DNA of 62,339 nt, filler included, from Bonamia ostreae (Eukaryota): the NCBI GenBank assembly GCA_040357525.1. It is 29 parts of 29 records of this genome, joined end to end, with 100 filler letters (N's around TTAATTAATTAA, not from the genome) between each part and the next. Parts side by side here need not be neighbours in the genome. Positions count along the whole stretch, not along the records: positions 58,167 to 60,204 come from JBDODL010001102.1; positions 60,305 to 62,339 come from JBDODL010001103.1; 27 more parts are not named here. One strand, 5' to 3'. The position numbers and the translations under genes are program-made. The first letter of the stretch is position 1; each line of letters starts with the position of its first letter. Below are positions 59,251 through 62,339 of the stretch, piece by piece. The notes under the pieces are model-generated. The model was not told where the DNA came from and ran no database searches. It saw nothing but the letters and a program-made list of their open reading frames with translations.

Positions 59251-60204
59251 TTAATAACAGTAATGTTTTACTAATTCGGACGAATCAATGAAGTTGGATC
59301 TTGCCAAGTACATCAACAATATCAAAGCTTTATTTCTTAAAGTAAATAAATCGTTGCAATTAACGCAACTTTGATTAGAAATGTTTTCCAAAATATCAAA
59401 TAGATCTTTATAACGATGTTTTGCAGTGTAATTTTCCATTATATAAGATATGGCTCTTCGTGATCTCCCGTTTTGGGGCAATTGGAAATCTTCGTATTGT
59501 ATCAAATGGGTGAGCCCGTAAAGGTCGAATAAAAGGTTTGATTCTTCACCATAATTTTCGCAAAGGAAATCGCAAAAATGCACGTTGTTTTTTAAAAAAT
59601 TGACGGTCCATTTAGACAAAAACAAATTGCAACTTGCAACTTTTGCGGCAACTCTATTTAACTCTTCCACATATCCAGCTTTTGATGATGCTGAATTCAT
59701 AGCAACAACAATTTTAGCTATTTCGTAGATCTCACTTTTCACTTCTATAAATTTCGCAGTAGTAGCGAAGAACGCAACACCCTTTAAAAATAGGTTCGCA
59801 AAAGATCTTCCAGATTTTAAATCATCTCTACGATCAAAAAAAAATAGATTAATATTGTGAACAATTGCTTCAAGATTTCTATCGTCGATATTTTTAAGCA
59901 TTTTTTCCATTTCTTCTTCTGTGATTCTTTGAAATCTAAAGCAATCATCGATATACAGATGTTCCATTTCATCTGATGTAGTCATTAAATAATTATTTAA
60001 ATTTTGTTCATGTTCTTTTTTAATTCTATCCATTATTTTTTGTTGTCTTTGTTTTTCATGTCTTTCTATAAATTCTTGTTCTTTTTTCGTTATATCATTT
60101 TGTTTTTTAACACTATCATCCTCATTTTCGTAGCTTGTATCCATATTGTCGCCATACTCTACATTATTAATGGATACGGGTGTTATAAGTATATCATCAT
60201 CATC
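59251..60204 (-). CDS. Hypothetical intronless protein (more than 297 aa, 5' partial)
   Basis: Long frame open to the contig edge; no motif recognised. Confidence 0.65.
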   Translation of the reverse strand, partial: DDDDILITPVSINNVEYGDNMDTSYENEDDSVKKQNDITKKEQEFIERHEKQRQQKIMDRIKKEHEQNLNNYLMTTSDEMEHLYIDDCFRFQRITEEEMEKMLKNIDDRNLEAIVHNINLFFFDRRDDLKSGRSFANLFLKGVAFFATTAKFIEVKSEIYEIAKIVVAMNSASSKAGYVEELNRVAAKVASCNLFLSKWTVNFLKNNVHFCDFLCENYGEESNLLFDLYGLTHLIQYEDFQLPQNGRSRRAISYIMENYTAKHRYKDLFDILENISNQSCVNCNDLFTLRNKALILLMYLARSNFIDSSELVKHYCY

Positions 60205-60337
60205 NNNNNNNNNNNNNNNNNNNNNNNNNNNNNNNNNNNNNNNNNNNNTTAATTAATTAANNNNNNNNNNNNNNNNNNNNNNNNNNNNNNNNNNNNNNNN
60301 NNNNAAGTTTGAATGGAAAATTTATTAATGCGGCTAT

Positions 60338-61468
60338 TTAAATGTCTATTCCCATCACGTTGATTCCCTTGTTGTGTAAACCGCCAGTAAAAAATCCCCA
60401 ATTAAGAGAAGCGCCTACATTGCAAATCGGATTGGTCCGATTTGGCTTTAAACGGGATGTAAGGGCCAATTTGAGTTTATTATCGAATTTGTTGATTTTT
60501 AGTGAATCCAAAAGAGTTACATAAAAATAAGTGTCGATTGTGCCGTCAAGTGCAACGCTGCAAGAGAAATAAGGTTTCGATCCTCTGTTTTTCCTTTTGT
60601 TTTTGTGTTAAAATTGAAATTTTGATACTTACAGATTTTGTTAAAATTGCCAAAATACGCAATCAAAAGTTAGTTTGAACACAAATTCTACAAAAATACA
60701 ATATGCAAAATTCTGTAAATTGCAACAAAATTAGTTTGCAACAAAATTCTATAAATTGCCATTTGTTAAAATTTTAAAACAAAATTTAAAAAAAATGCAA
60801 AAACTCTACAGAAAATCCGCAATAATAATTAACACCAGATTCCCGTTTCGAAAATTTAAATCCTCCACGCATCTCCAGATCTTTGTATTTGTATTTTAGA
60901 GATGTGAGAGCCAATTCTAACGAACTCAGATCTGCTTTGAAATGAAGAAATTTATTGTTTTCACGCGCTAATAAAAACGCGACTTGATATCCGAGATTTT
61001 CTATTCGAAAATTGTCGACATCCCCAAGCATATCCACAAACTTGTCATCGTCTCCATAGAAGTAGTTGTTTTCATTTTTATTTTTACTAAAAGAACTGTT
61101 TACAATATTTGAAATTTCAAAAGTTTGCGATATCCCGTAATAAAAGGAAAACGATGCTAAATTTTTATTGTTTAGTTTTGAACAGATTTTGCTCAAAAAT
61201 AATTATTTTAATTGGAAATTTTGTCGAGTCTTTAAAAACAAAATTTGGAGACTGTAGAAATAGATGGGTGAAAATAAGCCCTAATTCTTTCGTTATTGAA
61301 CATTCTCTTAAAATTGTCAGAGGGAGCAGAAGCGGAAATGGCTACGTTGAATCTACGCAGATTTCTGGAGAGAGAAGGCGAAGGTTCGAAATCTTCAAAA
61401 ATATGTGTTCTTAATTTGGTAAAAGCTTTGGGATTGGTTTCAATAATGGCGTGTTTTTGAATTTCCAT
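60338..61468 (-). CDS. Hypothetical three-exon protein, possible mitochondrial beta-barrel (porin-3 superfamily)
   Basis: Alternating hydrophobic beta-strand patterns. The last strand, NVGASLNW, fits the beta-signal Po-x-G-x-x-Hy-x-Hy. Confidence 0.4.
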
Positions 61469-61615
61469 TTTGCAGATTGAAAAACTAAATTTTATAGAAA
61501 AGAAATGCAAATCATTAAACGCCAATTAAATCGATTATTGGGTTATCGTCAAAATGGCATTAGTTAATTGTTTTTGTGTTTTAGAGCCGGTTACCAAAAA
61601 AAGAACGATTTAATT

Positions 61616-61715
61616 AAAATAACGAATGTCTGTTTAAATAACGGACGGACGAGGTTTTAGGGACTAATGCATTGTACTGTTGAGTCCAGTCAGTCATGGC
61701 AAACTTCTTCGTTTG
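61616..61715 (+). ncRNA. Candidate structured ncRNA (speculative divergent U1 snRNA)
   Basis: GC-richer intergenic island with adjacent hairpins at 61627-61647, 61648-61695 (loop CAUUGUAC) and 61700-61715, containing several G-U pairs. Confidence 0.3.
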
Positions 61716-61797
61716 AAATAACTTAAAATTCAGAACAACTTTTCACATGTTTATATTACATCAACAAAAAGAATTGTTTTTAATTATAAAGCATTAA

Positions 61798-61980
61798 TTA
61801 TGTATTTAATCGTATTGATCTGTCAACAACTAATCCATAATCATCAGAAAAACATAATTTTGAACTCCAAAACCCAATCAGAAAAAAGATGCAGTAAAAT
61901 GCAATGACACCTATAATATTAGAAACAATAAATTCAATCGGGTTAACCAACATTTTTCGGTTTGTTCTTCTACGATTAAA
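61798..61980 (-). CDS. C-terminal exon of a membrane protein
   Basis: Open frame ..MLVNPIEFIVSNIIGVIAFYCIFFLIGFW..NT* with one TM segment. Confidence 0.4.
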   Translation of the reverse strand, partial: FNRRRTNRKMLVNPIEFIVSNIIGVIAFYCIFFLIGFWSSKLCFSDDYGLVVDRSIRLNT

Positions 61981-62339
61981 TTTTTTTCATAAGAAATGAT
62001 TTTTATTGTCTCAATTTTTTAATTGGATTAAAACAACAAATAAAAAATTTAAATTAAGTTTTTCATAAGAAACTCAAACTGGAAAATAAAATTTATAAGA
62101 AATTTAATTGAAGTAAAAACATCCTGAGAAATAAGACAATAAAATAAAAAATTGTGAAAATAAAATTTAATAAAAAAACGAACGAAATCTTAATAAAATA
62201 ATAGCACAATTTAAAAAAAAAAACAAAAATTTAATGGTTCAAATATTGCTAACAACAATGTAACAATATAAATTGCATTGTTAACATTTGCTTCATTAAT
62301 TAAAATCGGCAAAACAAATTTATCATCTTAAAAATTACC

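Noticed and set aside
61554-61660. KITNVCLNNGRTR as mitochondrial ribosomal protein S14
   Set aside because: No splice or frame gives the downstream F-x-L-S-R region or a coherent N-terminus.

Overview
This window is not one locus. It is 29 unrelated contigs of about 2.0-2.1 kb, sorted by decreasing length (2065 to 2035 nt) and joined by artificial 100-nt spacers (N44-TTAATTAATTAA-N44). About 23 contigs come from an AT-rich, gene-dense eukaryote with many spliceosomal introns. Recognisable genes include ATE1, an acyl-CoA ligase, PI-PLC, COX10, KCR, GCP4, a small Tim, TGS1, an SLC1 transporter, Bud20, NEMF, a type II glutaminyl cyclase, UBTD, EFTUD2/Snu114, WDR6, a DENN protein, U2AF35, PP4R1-like and YL1. 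Six contigs (6493-8554, 10817-12877, 17298-19355, 19456-21513, 25928-27981, 43147-45196) look like animal host DNA: Ig and RING exons with mostly canonical GTA donors, a decayed Gypsy element and a repeat I recall from oyster genomes. My inference, not verified, is a bivalve-infecting protist such as a haplosporidian (Ascetosporea, e.g. Bonamia) with host contamination. The main signal is the splicing system. Of about 58 introns reconstructed by hand, about 53 begin GTT (mostly GTTT) instead of GTRAG, +5G is rare, about half end in AAG with no polypyrimidine tract, and more than half are only 19-32 nt. Many of the longer introns are inflated by minisatellites. A structured RNA at about 61616-61715 is a speculative divergent U1 snRNA candidate. 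All gene models are hand-spliced from remembered family motifs, without searches or RNA data.
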